Shown: positions 12,035 through 22,882, counted from the stretch's first letter. The stretch: 64,000 nt of DNA from Verrucomicrobiota bacterium (GCA_027622665.1 JAQBYT010000001.1:64001-128000); one strand, 5' to 3'. Made by a program: numbers and translations. The notes: generated by a model from the letters alone, not told the origin.

Positions 12035-13783
12035 TTACCTAACTGCAGAATCCGCCGATGATTTCGAACGAAGCCAATCAACGAGAATTCCAATTTCCTC
12101 TACAGTCAGTTTTTCATCGCGAACGAAAGAGGGCATGCGATCGTTATCTTTGCCATAGAAACGTTCGTGAGAGGGATCGGAGACAATAGCGGCCAACCAA
12201 TCCCGCGAACCGTAACCGGTAAGATCGGGAGCCGAACCTTCGTCCTCATCTTCGATATCGTGACAATCGATACAGCCTAATTCATCGAAGAAGACATTGA
12301 AACCTTCTTCTCTTTCCTTTTCAGATAGTGGTTCTTGGTAAGGAAGGCCGGCGATATCCGACAGGAGAGCCGCGACCTTAGGGACAAGGGCCTTCTCTTT
12401 CTCGCCAAACTTCTTTAGCACTTTGGTCGCCATCTTTCCGTCCTTGAACGCGGTGCCGCCAAAATATTTCGTGGATACATAATGATCGTAATCAAGCAAT
12501 CCTTCGAGCCATGCACGACTAGCAAACCCGGCAAGGTCGGGGGCGGATTGGTTGGAATCCACGGGAAAGCCTCTGCCGTCATGCCCATTGTAAAGATGGC
12601 AACTGGCGCAATTGGAGGAAAATAAATGTCGGGCGCGATTTTCATGGTCTTCTCGCAACAAGGTGACGGCCCCGCTAGGCGGGATACCTTGCTTGTCGGC
12701 TATTTCCACAACCCGTTTTGCCAGCCAATCAGCTTCCTCAACGGCGGCGAAATGTTTCTTATTCGCACGGTCTTCCGAAAAGGCCAGAAAAGTAAGAGCC
12801 CCCGCCCCGATCAATAAGCACCAGAGAAAACCAATGTTGAAACGGTGACCTTTTTCCGACTTGCCGATAAACGGTTGGGCGAACATCAAGAGCACAACGA
12901 AAGCGGGAATAATGACAGCTCCCCAAAAAGCCGGGACATACTTGAGCAACTGGAAAAGAAAAAGAAAGTACCACTCGGGCCGTGCCGGAAATGCGCTGGC
13001 GGGATCCGCGGGCGGGCCTAGTGGAGCCCCATGAAAGTATAGGGTAAGCACAATGACCGCTAGCGCCACGGCTAAACAGGCCACGGCATCTTTCAGCACT
13101 TGGTCCGGCCAGAAATAGGAATCTCGTTTGGGTCGAGGTTCCTTGGCATGGATACCATGACGACGGAACAGGTAAATGTGGCCGACAACAAGTGCAATTA
13201 GAGCTCCCGGAAGAACCCCGGCGTGAAGGGCAAAAAAGCGCGTAACCGTGTGGTGCCCGTATTCTTCTCCACCAACGACAAGCTTTTGCAAGTAAACTCC
13301 AACGAGAGGTACCTCGGCTATGAGATTGGTCGCCACTGTAGTCGCCCAGTAACCCTTCTGGTCCCAAGGAAGCAGGTAACCTGTGAGTGAAAGACCTAAA
13401 GTAACTCCCATTAGGGCAATGCCGAACCAAAAGTTTAGTTCCCGAGGAGCCTTGTAAGCTCCGTCGATGACTACCTGCATGAGGTGCAAGACCAGCAGGA
13501 CAACCATGGCCTGAGCCATATAATGGTGAATTCCGCGAAGGAACCATCCGCCCCATACGTGGTATTGGAGGAAGTAAACGCTTTCCCAAGCCGTCTGTGC
13601 ACTGGGACTGTAAAACATCCATAAAAGCGTACCTGTTACGACTTGAGCGAAAAACGCGAAGGTTAGGCAACTACCCCACACATATCGCCACCTAGCGCCC
13701 CCGGGCACTTTTTCGTAAAGGGCTTCCTTGATGAGGGTCCGAAAACCGGAACGATCATCAAGCCAGTCTATAATTGCCTTCAT
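12035..13783 (-). CDS. Cytochrome b of a Rieske/cyt b complex, fused to subunit IV-like and diheme cytochrome c domains
   Basis: Heme b His ligands (RGIHH, VLHL, ALHA, GHI), TGYLLPWDQKGYWA, Qo motif PEWY, and two c-heme motifs CASCH and CIDCH. Confidence 0.9.
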   Translation of the reverse strand: MKAIIDWLDDRSGFRTLIKEALYEKVPGGARWRYVWGSCLTFAFFAQVVTGTLLWMFYSPSAQTAWESVYFLQYHVWGGWFLRGIHHYMAQAMVVLLVLHLMQVVIDGAYKAPRELNFWFGIALMGVTLGLSLTGYLLPWDQKGYWATTVATNLIAEVPLVGVYLQKLVVGGEEYGHHTVTRFFALHAGVLPGALIALVVGHIYLFRRHGIHAKEPRPKRDSYFWPDQVLKDAVACLAVALAVIVLTLYFHGAPLGPPADPASAFPARPEWYFLFLFQLLKYVPAFWGAVIIPAFVVLLMFAQPFIGKSEKGHRFNIGFLWCLLIGAGALTFLAFSEDRANKKHFAAVEEADWLAKRVVEIADKQGIPPSGAVTLLREDHENRARHLFSSNCASCHLYNGHDGRGFPVDSNQSAPDLAGFASRAWLEGLLDYDHYVSTKYFGGTAFKDGKMATKVLKKFGEKEKALVPKVAALLSDIAGLPYQEPLSEKEREEGFNVFFDELGCIDCHDIEDEDEGSAPDLTGYGSRDWLAAIVSDPSHERFYGKDNDRMPSFVRDEKLTVEEIGILVDWLRSKSSADSAVR

Positions 13784-14337
13784 ATCAGGGGCACTTTTTC
13801 CGCGAGATTCGGGCGGAATTGCTGAAAACGAACATATACGAATCCGTTTTCAATTTTTGTCTCGAGGCCATCCATCCCTCGTGGACTAGGACTGGCGGGG
13901 TTGGAAACGGAACCATCAAACGCAAAAGAACTATTATGGCAGGGGCAAAAGAAATCACCTTGATCGGACCGATGGTCTATTGCGCAACCTAGATGCGGAC
14001 ACTTGAGGTTGAAGGCCTTCACTTGATCGCCCTGTTTAACAATGTAAACCGCCCCTACGGGAACATTCGTTAAGGTGCTCCATGCATCGGTCACTCGTTC
14101 ACGAACAATGCCAAATCTCGTTGGCGTACCATCCTCGGGCAATGCCGAAAAGGATGCCACCTTGGACCAAGGAATCTCGCCAGCATCACCATCACCGTTA
14201 CCGCTTACAGGATCAAGAAAGGCGGGAACGCCTGCGGCAAAAGGAAAAACGGAGCAAGCAACAGACACCCCAACGGTTGCTTTGGTAATGAATGCTCGAC
14301 GATCTCCGTCGTCAGTAGAATCGTTAGGTTCGCTCAA
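13780..14337 (-). CDS. Rieske 2Fe-2S subunit of quinol:cytochrome c oxidoreductase
   Basis: Tat-like RRAFITK plus TM helix; boxes CPHLGC and CPCHNS. Stop overlaps the cytochrome b start. Confidence 0.92.
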   Translation of the reverse strand: MSEPNDSTDDGDRRAFITKATVGVSVACSVFPFAAGVPAFLDPVSGNGDGDAGEIPWSKVASFSALPEDGTPTRFGIVRERVTDAWSTLTNVPVGAVYIVKQGDQVKAFNLKCPHLGCAIDHRSDQGDFFCPCHNSSFAFDGSVSNPASPSPRGMDGLETKIENGFVYVRFQQFRPNLAEKVPLI

Positions 14338-14545
14338 AATGGTAAAAAAGAATTTTGGTCACAATAGCCATGAGGCATGACATTCCAAGCACAGAGAACC
14401 GCAACTTAGCTTTTTCTCTAAAGTGAAACTAATCCGTTTCTTCAGGATTAGGAGAAATCCCAAGATAGAGTAGTTAATAACTGGATGCAGAAATCTTAAT
14501 CCACTGTTCCTTACCATTAATATCAAGGAACGAAATCTACTTAAC

Positions 14546-15922
14546 CTAGGGAAGTGGAGGCAAGGGAGGAAGTCCGCCGGAATCGGAGGGAGAAGGGGTG
14601 GCACCTGGAAGTGGAGGAAGGACTCCGGCATCTCCGCCTTGTGTATCAAGAGGAGGTGCGGGGGGAGGCAAAACGAAATCAGGCACAGGGGCAGGAGGTG
14701 GCGGAACCGGCAAGGCATCAAAGGATGCCGGATCGGCACCCGAAGAATCGAGCGGGGGGAATCCCGGAAGGTCGCCGGCGGGAACAGGAGGTGCTGCAGG
14801 TGGTTCCACGGGGGCAGGAAAATCCAAAGGTGCTCCGGGAAGGGGATCAACGTTTTCGGGAACGGAACCGCTATCTAGAGGAGGAAAGTCGGGAAGGCTA
14901 TTGTCAAGAGGTGGCGGTAGAGGAGGTGAGGGAGGAAGTCCTGAATCAAGTGGAGGAGGCGTAAGCGGAATTTCACTGAAGGGGATCGGTGGTGGTGGTG
15001 GAAAAATCGGATCAAGAGTAAGTGTGTCGGAAGGAATTGCAGGATCGGTGACGTCAAGCGGGGGGCCGGGAAATGGATCTAGACCTCCGGTAGAAGTTGC
15101 ATTGTCAAGTGAAGGAAAAGTCGGCGTTACGGTAAGCGGAAGGGGATCCAGCGTTGGAACCGGAGACAGTTCCGGAAAACCGGAGGTCACAGGTAAACTG
15201 GTATCTAAACCTGCAGGATTTGCAGGAAGACCCGGCAAGGCATCCGAGGCAGTTCCGGAAGTAACGGGGGTTACCGAAGAGGGTTCGATGGGAGGAAAGG
15301 ATGGAACTGGATCGATCGCGGTTTCGACCTCGGGAAGAGTGGTTTGTCCTCCGGGAATAGATGTATCGGTGGTAATGCCCAGCTCAGTACTCGGCGAACT
15401 TGTACGGACGGGCACAGGAGTTACGGGTATCGAAAGATCGATCTGGGTGCCATCGGATCTCCAAGTGACATCTTGCCCATGTCGCTGCCCGTGAGTATAC
15501 GCCCTAACGTACATCTTTTGTCCATTGGGCCACCATCGAGTTACCAACCCGTGCCATTTCCCTTCGTGATAATGACGTTCGTACATCTTTTGTCCGTCGG
15601 GAAACCAGCGTGCGCTAAGACCGTCTCGCTTCCCAGCTTTATAGGTTTCGTCAGTCGCAACAAAATCACGACCATTTTCATTTTCGATCGTTACGATTCG
15701 ACCGGAGAAGGGTTCGTTGGCAAAGGTCTTGAAGAGTAAACCATACCTACGTTCAAAAAAAGTGTCATACTCATCGGCTTTTATCTGAACGGCATCTTGG
15801 CTAGCCGGAATCGCAACGCTCTGACTAGGGCTCATACGAGATGCGTGCTCGTAAGTGTTGGTGCAACAAGTCAAAGAAAAGCCGGCACAGGCCAGACATA
15901 TATTAAAGATGGGCGAATTCAT
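14546..15922 (-). CDS. Putative lipoprotein with MORN-variant (YwqK-like) repeats and a long Pro-rich tail
   Basis: Signal peptide with Cys (FSLTCC); repeats YKAGKRDGLSARWFPDGQK / YHEGKWHGLVTRWWPNGQK; roughly 290-aa low-complexity Pro/Asp/Leu tail. Confidence 0.7.
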   Translation of the reverse strand: MNSPIFNICLACAGFSLTCCTNTYEHASRMSPSQSVAIPASQDAVQIKADEYDTFFERRYGLLFKTFANEPFSGRIVTIENENGRDFVATDETYKAGKRDGLSARWFPDGQKMYERHYHEGKWHGLVTRWWPNGQKMYVRAYTHGQRHGQDVTWRSDGTQIDLSIPVTPVPVRTSSPSTELGITTDTSIPGGQTTLPEVETAIDPVPSFPPIEPSSVTPVTSGTASDALPGLPANPAGLDTSLPVTSGFPELSPVPTLDPLPLTVTPTFPSLDNATSTGGLDPFPGPPLDVTDPAIPSDTLTLDPIFPPPPPIPFSEIPLTPPPLDSGLPPSPPLPPPLDNSLPDFPPLDSGSVPENVDPLPGAPLDFPAPVEPPAAPPVPAGDLPGFPPLDSSGADPASFDALPVPPPPAPVPDFVLPPPAPPLDTQGGDAGVLPPLPGATPSPSDSGGLPPLPPLP

Positions 15923-15929
15923 GACTTTA

Positions 15930-15957
15930 ATCCTAGGAAAAAAGATCTTCTTTGCAA
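15930..15957 (-). promoter_or_regulatory. Sigma70-type promoter, probably leaderless transcript
   Basis: TTGCAA-N16-TAGGAT-N7-ATG (ATG at 15922). Confidence 0.5.
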
Positions 15958-16135
15958 GGCGGAATAAGAGATCTGTTACATTTGGATTGCTCTAAGGATT
16001 TATTTGTGCTTATGGCAGCTATCTTACTAATTAAGTCAAGACAAGTTAGAGCAAAGAACCGAACCACATCTTGTCCTCCTAGTTTTGTCCCTTCTTTTCG
16101 CGGTAAAAAACTTCAGTTTCTTGATTGCCTTTCTG

Positions 16136-16168
16136 TCAAAAACGATCAAAAACGATCAAAAGCGATCA
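16136..16168 (+). repeat. 10-bp direct repeat x3 upstream of hppA
   Basis: TCAAAAACGA TCAAAAACGA TCAAAAGCGA TCA. Confidence 0.85.
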
Positions 16169-16200
16169 TCGGTGTAATCATTGGCAAACTAATACAATAA

Positions 16201-18399
16201 ATGAACTTACAGGAACTAATATATGTGATTCCGGCGACTGGTGTCGTCGCCCTTCTTTTTACATTTTGGAAAACCTCCCAGGTCACTGCGGCAGATGCGG
16301 GAACCGAACGCATGCAGAACATTGCCAAGGCGATTCAAGATGGGGCCATGGCCTTTCTAAAGGCAGAGTATCGCGTTTTGGCCATATTCGTTATATGCGT
16401 GGCTGCACTTTTGGCTTGGAGCGGATACGAAAATGAAAGCTCAGATCCATTGGTGGCCGTTTCCTTTGTCGTCGGAGCTCTATGTTCCGCATTGGCTGGC
16501 TTTCTAGGAATGCGTGTAGCCACAAAGGCCAATGTGAGGACGACGAACGCTGCTCGAGAAAGTCTGGGCAAAGCTCTGGAAATAGCCTTTTCCGGTGGTG
16601 CCGTGATGGGTCTTGGGGTGGTTGGATTGGGGATTCTTGGCCTAGGCGGACTCTTTGCCTACTTCGTAACCCACTTCAATGCCTTTGAGGGAGGGGATGC
16701 CCTTACGAAGACTCTTGCGGTAATCACGGGGTTTTCCTTCGGGGCTTCTTCGATCGCTTTGTTCGCACGCGTGGGCGGGGGAATTTATACTAAAGCGGCT
16801 GATGTCGGTGCCGATTTGGTAGGAAAGGTAGAAGCTGGGATTCCCGAGGATCATCCGCTCAATCCCGCCACCATTGCAGACAATGTGGGTGATAACGTAG
16901 GTGATGTCGCAGGCATGGGAGCTGACTTGTTTGAGTCCTATGTCGGGTCAATCATCGCCACGATGGTACTTGGTGCCGCCTTAGTTTCCGGCTCTCCGGA
17001 CTTTCAGGACTTCCTCGGAGGAATGTCTCCCGTAATGCTACCGCTCGTGCTAGGAGCAATCGGCATAGGAACATCCATTCTTGGCACTTTCTTCGTCAAG
17101 GTACGCGAGGGCGGAGATCCTCAGCGTGCTCTCAATATCGGAGAATTTGGTTCATCTGCCGTAATGGTTCTAGCTTCATACTTCGTAATCAACAAGCTCC
17201 TTCCGGAAACTTGGCATATCGACGGCATCGAGTATACGGCCATTGGCGTGTTTTGGGCTACAATCATAGGCTTGGCGGCTGGGTTGGCCATTGGTCTTAT
17301 AACGGAACACTATACGGGGACCGGGAAGAAACCCGTAAGATCCATTGTGGAGCAGTCCGTCACGGGGGCAGCCACTACTATCATCGCTGGTTTAGGAGTC
17401 GGAATGATCTCCACCACTTTCCCTATCCTCGTAATTGCCGCGTCCATTATGGGGGCATACGAATTTGCGGGTCTTTACGGTATTGCAATCGCCGCCGTAG
17501 GGATGCTTTCAAATACAGGAATTCAGCTTGCTGTCGACGCCTACGGACCAATTTCCGATAATGCAGGTGGTATTGCCCAAATGGCAGAGCTACCTGCCGA
17601 GGTGCGCAAGCGGACGGACAAGTTAGATGCAGTCGGCAATACAACAGCGGCAATAGGCAAGGGCTTCGCAATAGGATCCGCGGCACTTACCGCACTGGCG
17701 CTCTTTGCCGCTTTTACGGCATCTTATAACCAAACTCACGAGGAAAAATTAGCTGCAATTGACATTACCAAACCCGAAGTCATGGCTGGTCTCTTTGTAG
17801 GAGCCATGCTGCCCTTTCTCTTTAGTGCTTTGGCAATGAACGCCGTAGGAAGGGCCGCCATGTCGATGATCCATGAGGTACGCCGCCAGTTCCGAGACAT
17901 TCCCGCCCTAAAGAAAGCTTTAGAAGTCATGAAGCGAAACGAAGGAGTAGATTCCGAAGATTGGAATAAGGAGGACAAGGCCGCATTCGACAAAGCCATA
18001 GATGAAGCAGAATACGGGGAATGCGTATCGATCTCAACTCAGGCCGCTATTCGGGAAATGGTGGCTCCCGGCATGATTGCCGTCATGACACCGGTCGCGG
18101 TGGGTTTTCTTGGCGGAGCGACGATGCTCGGCGGACTCCTTGCCGGGGTAACCGTATCGGGAGTGCTCTTGGCCCTCTTTCAATCGAATGCAGGAGGTGC
18201 TTGGGACAACGCAAAGAAAATGATCGAGGAAGGCTACGAAGTCGGCGGAGAAAAACTGGTAAAGGGCTCCGAAGCCCACAAGGCTTCGGTAGTTGGCGAT
18301 ACAGTTGGAGATCCTCTCAAGGACACCTCGGGACCCTCCCTCAATATTCTGCTCAAGTTAATGACCGTTGTGGCGCTGGTAATTGCACCTATGCTGTAA
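16201..18399 (+). CDS. hppA: Membrane-bound pyrophosphatase, K+-dependent, probably Na+-translocating
   Basis: [53 protein letters not shown] (Ala rather than Lys) marks the K+-dependent type; DLFESY is present. Confidence 0.95.
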   Translation: MNLQELIYVIPATGVVALLFTFWKTSQVTAADAGTERMQNIAKAIQDGAMAFLKAEYRVLAIFVICVAALLAWSGYENESSDPLVAVSFVVGALCSALAGFLGMRVATKANVRTTNAARESLGKALEIAFSGGAVMGLGVVGLGILGLGGLFAYFVTHFNAFEGGDALTKTLAVITGFSFGASSIALFARVGGGIYTKAADVGADLVGKVEAGIPEDHPLNPATIADNVGDNVGDVAGMGADLFESYVGSIIATMVLGAALVSGSPDFQDFLGGMSPVMLPLVLGAIGIGTSILGTFFVKVREGGDPQRALNIGEFGSSAVMVLASYFVINKLLPETWHIDGIEYTAIGVFWATIIGLAAGLAIGLITEHYTGTGKKPVRSIVEQSVTGAATTIIAGLGVGMISTTFPILVIAASIMGAYEFAGLYGIAIAAVGMLSNTGIQLAVDAYGPISDNAGGIAQMAELPAEVRKRTDKLDAVGNTTAAIGKGFAIGSAALTALALFAAFTASYNQTHEEKLAAIDITKPEVMAGLFVGAMLPFLFSALAMNAVGRAAMSMIHEVRRQFRDIPALKKALEVMKRNEGVDSEDWNKEDKAAFDKAIDEAEYGECVSISTQAAIREMVAPGMIAVMTPVAVGFLGGATMLGGLLAGVTVSGVLLALFQSNAGGAWDNAKKMIEEGYEVGGEKLVKGSEAHKASVVGDTVGDPLKDTSGPSLNILLKLMTVVALVIAPML

Positions 18400-18405
18400 A
18401 AGAGT

Positions 18406-19104
18406 CTAGGCGGTCTCGCCCGCCAGTTCGGCGAAATCTTTACGGGTTGCCGCATCGGCCTTGTAGTAGGCTGTTCCAGCCACAAAGACATCCACTCCCG
18501 CCTTGGTGCAAAGTGGCAAGTTTTCAGGAGTTATTCCACCGTCAACTTCGATTAGATAACGATGTCCTTCCTTTTCGCGAAGCTCATGGAAAATCCCGAC
18601 CTTGTCGAGAACTTCCGGCATAAAGGCTTGTCCCCCGAATCCAGGTTGCACGGTCATGCAAAGAACAAGATCCACCTCATCAAGATAGGGAAAGACTTTT
18701 TCGGCCTGTGTATCCGGGTTAATGACGATGCCTGATCGCTTGCCTAAAGCACGTATCCGAGAGAGAGCGTCTGCATGATCGTAGTCGGGTTCGATGTGTA
18801 TGCTAATAAGATCCGCTCCGGCCTCGGCAAAGGCATCCAAAAATTGATGGGGGCATTCCATCATTAAATGGACATCTAGAAAAATATCCGTTCGCCGGCG
18901 CAGATCGGCTACTGTCTGGGGACCGAAGGTGACGTTGGGAACAAAGTGTCCGTCCATCACGTCCAAATGGACCCAGCGGCGGCCGTCACGTTCGATTTCG
19001 GCAAGAGAGCCAGCTAGGTCGGCATGGTCTCCGGCAAGGATTGAAGGAGCGAGAATCCGAGGGCGAGAATCCCCGAAGAAAGCGTCAAAGTCAGTAGTCA
19101 CCAT
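18406..19104 (-). CDS. rpe: Ribulose-phosphate 3-epimerase
   Basis: [39 protein letters not shown]. Confidence 0.96.
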   Translation of the reverse strand: MVTTDFDAFFGDSRPRILAPSILAGDHADLAGSLAEIERDGRRWVHLDVMDGHFVPNVTFGPQTVADLRRRTDIFLDVHLMMECPHQFLDAFAEAGADLISIHIEPDYDHADALSRIRALGKRSGIVINPDTQAEKVFPYLDEVDLVLCMTVQPGFGGQAFMPEVLDKVGIFHELREKEGHRYLIEVDGGITPENLPLCTKAGVDVFVAGTAYYKADAATRKDFAELAGETA

Positions 19105-19670
19105 TCGGTTAGGTTTACGAAAGCGGCAATTTGTCGGGCAAGGGATCGAGAGGTTGTCATCATAGGTTGACGAGAAACGGGTGTTGAGGTCTGGCTTGAA
19201 GCGATGGTGGACGCATTGGAGTTAAAGAGTGTTTCCTTCAATAGTGATTTTCCGCTTGGTGACGAGTTTAGGTGGGCAAGAGCAAAAAGCCTCAATCGAA
19301 AACTAGCGGCAAGCGCAGTATCGTCGGAGCGGTAAGCTTCGGGAATTTGATCATAGTCAATGAGGCGAACCGTTAAAATAGCATCCGCATCTTCTGGCGA
19401 ATTCACAAGCCGAGTCCGTACGTCACGAAGGATTTCCTCGCGAAGAGCACGTGACAGTAGAGGCCCGGCCTGTGGCGCTAGTGAATCATTGTGAACGACA
19501 CGCACGTATAGACGATCAAACGAAAGTTTTCCTGCAGGACCTAGGGCATACCGGCAACCTCCGAGGACGGAGAAGAAGAGGAGGAAGGTTATGCCGAAAA
19601 AACGAAAATAAAGGGACGTAAAAGATGCCCACCGATAGCTAGACCCGTTTGCTTTACGGGTATGGCTCAT
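19098..19670 (-). CDS. lptE: LptE-like LPS assembly lipoprotein
   Basis: Lipobox-like LGGCRYALG, LVNSPEDADAIL, and position downstream of the bamD-like gene. Confidence 0.65.
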   Translation of the reverse strand: MSHTRKANGSSYRWASFTSLYFRFFGITFLLFFSVLGGCRYALGPAGKLSFDRLYVRVVHNDSLAPQAGPLLSRALREEILRDVRTRLVNSPEDADAILTVRLIDYDQIPEAYRSDDTALAASFRLRLFALAHLNSSPSGKSLLKETLFNSNASTIASSQTSTPVSRQPMMTTSRSLARQIAAFVNLTEW

Positions 19671-20794
19671 TCCTTGCCACGCAAGTCAGCAATCCGAGCT
19701 TTGGCTTCACGAGCTGATTCCGATTCGGGAGCAACCGTAATAGCTTCTCTATAAAATTGAAGCGCAGGACGAGCTCCTAGCTCTTTCCAGTGCATAATGA
19801 AAAATTTGCCGTTTTTCTCGACGAATCGACCAACGCGAAGTTTGCTCGCCGAAAGTACTTCCCGCATTCGATGCCGTCCTTCTTCAGCTTTGACCAATCT
19901 CTCCTTGGCGGAGGCTAATCTCGCGGCAAACTCATCGTTGCTTTCGTGACGCGACCTTGGAGAGGGTGCTTCGTGAAGGATTAAATAATCTTCGTAAAAA
20001 TTCACTGCCTTAAGGGTAGCCCCTTGGTCGTAATCGGCACCTGCCACCATGGCCTCATGAATGACAGCGAGGTCATAGTAAGCTTTTTCACAGTAATGGC
20101 TCTCTGGATAAAGATTCACTAGTCGCTCGAGGGCATCGATCGCTTCATCATCTTCATTGTCCTTGCGGGCAATTTCGGCAAGAGCGGTAAGTGCTCGTGG
20201 AGCGTACTTCGGACCTCGTGCAAGACGAGCAATCTCGTTGAGGCGGAGACGGTCCTGCTCTCCGCTACGAAAACGAGGGATAAAGCCCCATTTGCGAGGC
20301 TGCTTTTCCTTGGCTAAGCGTTCGGTGAGCCTCATAAGGGCACCGGCAACCTTGTCGAAGTCATACTCGGTATAAGCTTCAGCAATGAGGCGCAATCGGT
20401 CAAACGCTCTGGACCAATCTCCTCGACCCTCAAGAATTCGACCTGCCCGAAATAAGGCTTCCGGTCCGACTTGCACTTCGACGCCTTCGCGGGTTAAACG
20501 TGCATCGGTTCTGCGTTTTGAGAATTTTTCATAAAACCCAAGGGCATTCCTTTGATCTCCCTTTTTTTCTTCCGCTTCTCCCTGAAGAAACCACCCCTTT
20601 GCTTGTTCGAATTCGATGGGGTCACGATTTTTTCCAAAAATACCAGTGCCTTGGAAGAGGTAATTCTTTTCGTCGGGCTGCCGTCGCTCAGTCCCTGGGG
20701 AACGGCGGCGGGAATCTCGGGGGGAGGCAGCCCAAAGATCAGTTCCTAGTGAAACAAGTAGTAAAAGAATTGGTGTAAGGCGTAAGAGGTTCAT
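19667..20794 (-). CDS. BamD-like TPR outer membrane assembly protein
   Basis: Signal peptide, TPR-like helices, LVNLYPES, YDQGATLKA..YEDYL, and context upstream of lptE. Confidence 0.65.
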   Translation of the reverse strand: MNLLRLTPILLLLVSLGTDLWAASPRDSRRRSPGTERRQPDEKNYLFQGTGIFGKNRDPIEFEQAKGWFLQGEAEEKKGDQRNALGFYEKFSKRRTDARLTREGVEVQVGPEALFRAGRILEGRGDWSRAFDRLRLIAEAYTEYDFDKVAGALMRLTERLAKEKQPRKWGFIPRFRSGEQDRLRLNEIARLARGPKYAPRALTALAEIARKDNEDDEAIDALERLVNLYPESHYCEKAYYDLAVIHEAMVAGADYDQGATLKAVNFYEDYLILHEAPSPRSRHESNDEFAARLASAKERLVKAEEGRHRMREVLSASKLRVGRFVEKNGKFFIMHWKELGARPALQFYREAITVAPESESAREAKARIADLRGKE

Positions 20795-20814
20795 TTTCGT
20801 TAAGATGAGTGATG

Positions 20815-21807
20815 CTAAAAGCGTAAAATGGCCGAAGCCCAAGTCAAGCCTGCCCCAAAGGCAACCAAAAGACCAATTTCGCCAGACTTAAAAATACCAG
20901 TGCGCCTAGCTTCGTCCATTGCGATAGGGATAGATGCTGCAGAAGTGTTACCGTATTTCTCGAGATTGCAGTAAAACTTGTCCATCGGTATGGAAAGGCG
21001 ATGGGAAAGGCTTTCAACTATTCTTCGGTTTGCCTGATGAGGTATGACGTGATCAACGTCATCGGGTGTCAACCCGTGTCTTTCTAATAGAGTCCTACCA
21101 GCATCTTCCATGACGCGTACAGCGTTCTTGAAAATCTCTCGCCCGTTCATCTTAAGAAAATGTTCCCGGCCTTGGAGACTTTCCACCGAGGCCGGCTTGG
21201 AGGAACCGCCAGCAGGTTGACAAAGTAAAGACGGATTGGCTCCATCCGCTCCACATAGAAAACCTTCGAGTCGAGGTCCGTCGCCATCGATCCCCAATAC
21301 GGCGGCACCGGCTCCATCGCCAAAAAGCACGCAGGTGGAACGATCTTCCCAATCGATAATACTCGATAGTTTTTCCGCTCCCACTACTAGGGCTTTTTTG
21401 TACCGACCTGACCGGAGAAGACCGTCGGCCACGTCGAGAGCATACACAAATCCCGAACAAGCTGCTTCCAAATCGAAGCAACATACGTTTCGGAGGCCAA
21501 GTTTATGCTGCAGAAGACATGCCGTTGAAGGGAAGGCCATATCAGGGGTAATTGTGGCTACGACCACAAGGTCAATTTCCTCAGGCAATACATCGGCATC
21601 TTTTAATGCATTTTGGGCAGCACGCATTGCGAGATCGCTAGTGCTCTCTTCATCTGAAGCGATTCGTCGCTCACGAATGCCCGTACGGGAAAAAATCCAA
21701 TCATCGCTAGTATCGACTTTCTTGCTCAATTCAAGATTGGTAAGGCGATTTTCGGGGGCATAGGAACCAAGACCCAACATTACGATGGCGGAAGAATTGG
21801 AAATCAT
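20815..21807 (-). CDS. fabH: Beta-ketoacyl-ACP synthase III
   Basis: DTSDDWIFSRTGIRERR, AACSGF (catalytic Cys), PHQAN, YGNTSAASIP, FGAGLTW. Confidence 0.97.
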   Translation of the reverse strand: MISNSSAIVMLGLGSYAPENRLTNLELSKKVDTSDDWIFSRTGIRERRIASDEESTSDLAMRAAQNALKDADVLPEEIDLVVVATITPDMAFPSTACLLQHKLGLRNVCCFDLEAACSGFVYALDVADGLLRSGRYKKALVVGAEKLSSIIDWEDRSTCVLFGDGAGAAVLGIDGDGPRLEGFLCGADGANPSLLCQPAGGSSKPASVESLQGREHFLKMNGREIFKNAVRVMEDAGRTLLERHGLTPDDVDHVIPHQANRRIVESLSHRLSIPMDKFYCNLEKYGNTSAASIPIAMDEARRTGIFKSGEIGLLVAFGAGLTWASAILRF

Positions 21808-21829
21808 TAAAGAATCACTCAACTGAATT

Positions 21830-22882
21830 TCAGGATACTTCCGGGCGCAGGATTTCGTTTGCAGAGGTAATGTCAGCAAGAACTTGGCTGATCATGTCGC
21901 ATTGCACCAGATCGAGAGCAATTTTTATGGCACCACATACATGGTGTCTGTTGGATGATCCATGCGCCTTGATTACATGTTTGCGTAGACCTAATAAAGG
22001 GGCCCCTCCAAACTGTTCGGGATTGATTCTTTGCTTGAGGCTGCGGAACGCTCCCTTCGAAAGCAATGCCCCAGTTTTCCGCAAGGCGTTGCGGCGTAAT
22101 TCCTCATCAAGAAAACTACCGATCAACTTACTTAAAGACTCACAGGCTTTCAGCACTATATTTCCCACAAAACCATCACACACAACGACATCCACTATGT
22201 TTTCGAAAATCTGAGAGCCCTCGATGAGGCCCGCGTAGTTTAAAATGCTGCCGTTGATGCTTTTGAGCATCTCGTGCGTCTGATGAATTAGTTCGTTTCC
22301 CTTGCCTTCTTCGGTTCCGATCGTAAGGAGTCCCACTCGGGGTCGCACCAAACCTAAGGCAACCCGAGCATAGTTTGATCCAAGAATGGCATTCTGAGCT
22401 ACGTGTATGGGCTTCGGGTGCGGATTGGCTCCTGCATCAAGCAGTGTAAAGTAGCGCTCTCGACCGGGCCAAATCGTACAGAGTGCCGGCCTCTCAACAC
22501 CATCAAGAGTGCGAAGGCGGATAGCTCCGCCAGCCATAAGGCATCCAGTGTTACCGCAGCTCAACAAAGCATCCGCTTCATTCTCCTTAACCATCTCCAA
22601 GGCTCGAGACATGGAAGAATCCTTTTTCTGCTTAATACCTGCAATGGGTTTTTCGCCCATGGAAATAATTTCCGAGGCATGGCGCATCTCCACATTCGCC
22701 GATTTCAATCGAGGCTTATTTTCAATCATCGGACCCAAGACATCCTCCTGTCCTACCACTACAAATCGGGCGCCACGAGGAGCTGCTTCCACTGCAAGCA
22801 CAAGTCCCTCGAGAATTTCATTAGGTCCTTCGTCGCTGCCCATCGCATCGATGGCCAACGTAACTCTAGCCTCGGACGTCAC
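21830..22882 (-). CDS. plsX: Phosphate acyltransferase PlsX
   Basis: IDAMGSD, SCGNTG, LDAGAN, VVVCDGFVGN, GGAPLLGL, KAHGSS; lies between rpmF and fabH. Confidence 0.96.
   Translation of the reverse strand: MTSEARVTLAIDAMGSDEGPNEILEGLVLAVEAAPRGARFVVVGQEDVLGPMIENKPRLKSANVEMRHASEIISMGEKPIAGIKQKKDSSMSRALEMVKENEADALLSCGNTGCLMAGGAIRLRTLDGVERPALCTIWPGRERYFTLLDAGANPHPKPIHVAQNAILGSNYARVALGLVRPRVGLLTIGTEEGKGNELIHQTHEMLKSINGSILNYAGLIEGSQIFENIVDVVVCDGFVGNIVLKACESLSKLIGSFLDEELRRNALRKTGALLSKGAFRSLKQRINPEQFGGAPLLGLRKHVIKAHGSSNRHHVCGAIKIALDLVQCDMISQVLADITSANEILRPEVS

Noticed and set aside
14598..15494. 298-aa Gly-rich ORF on the + strand
   Set aside because: It is the antisense shadow of the Pro-rich coding region (CCN codons read as NGG/GGN).
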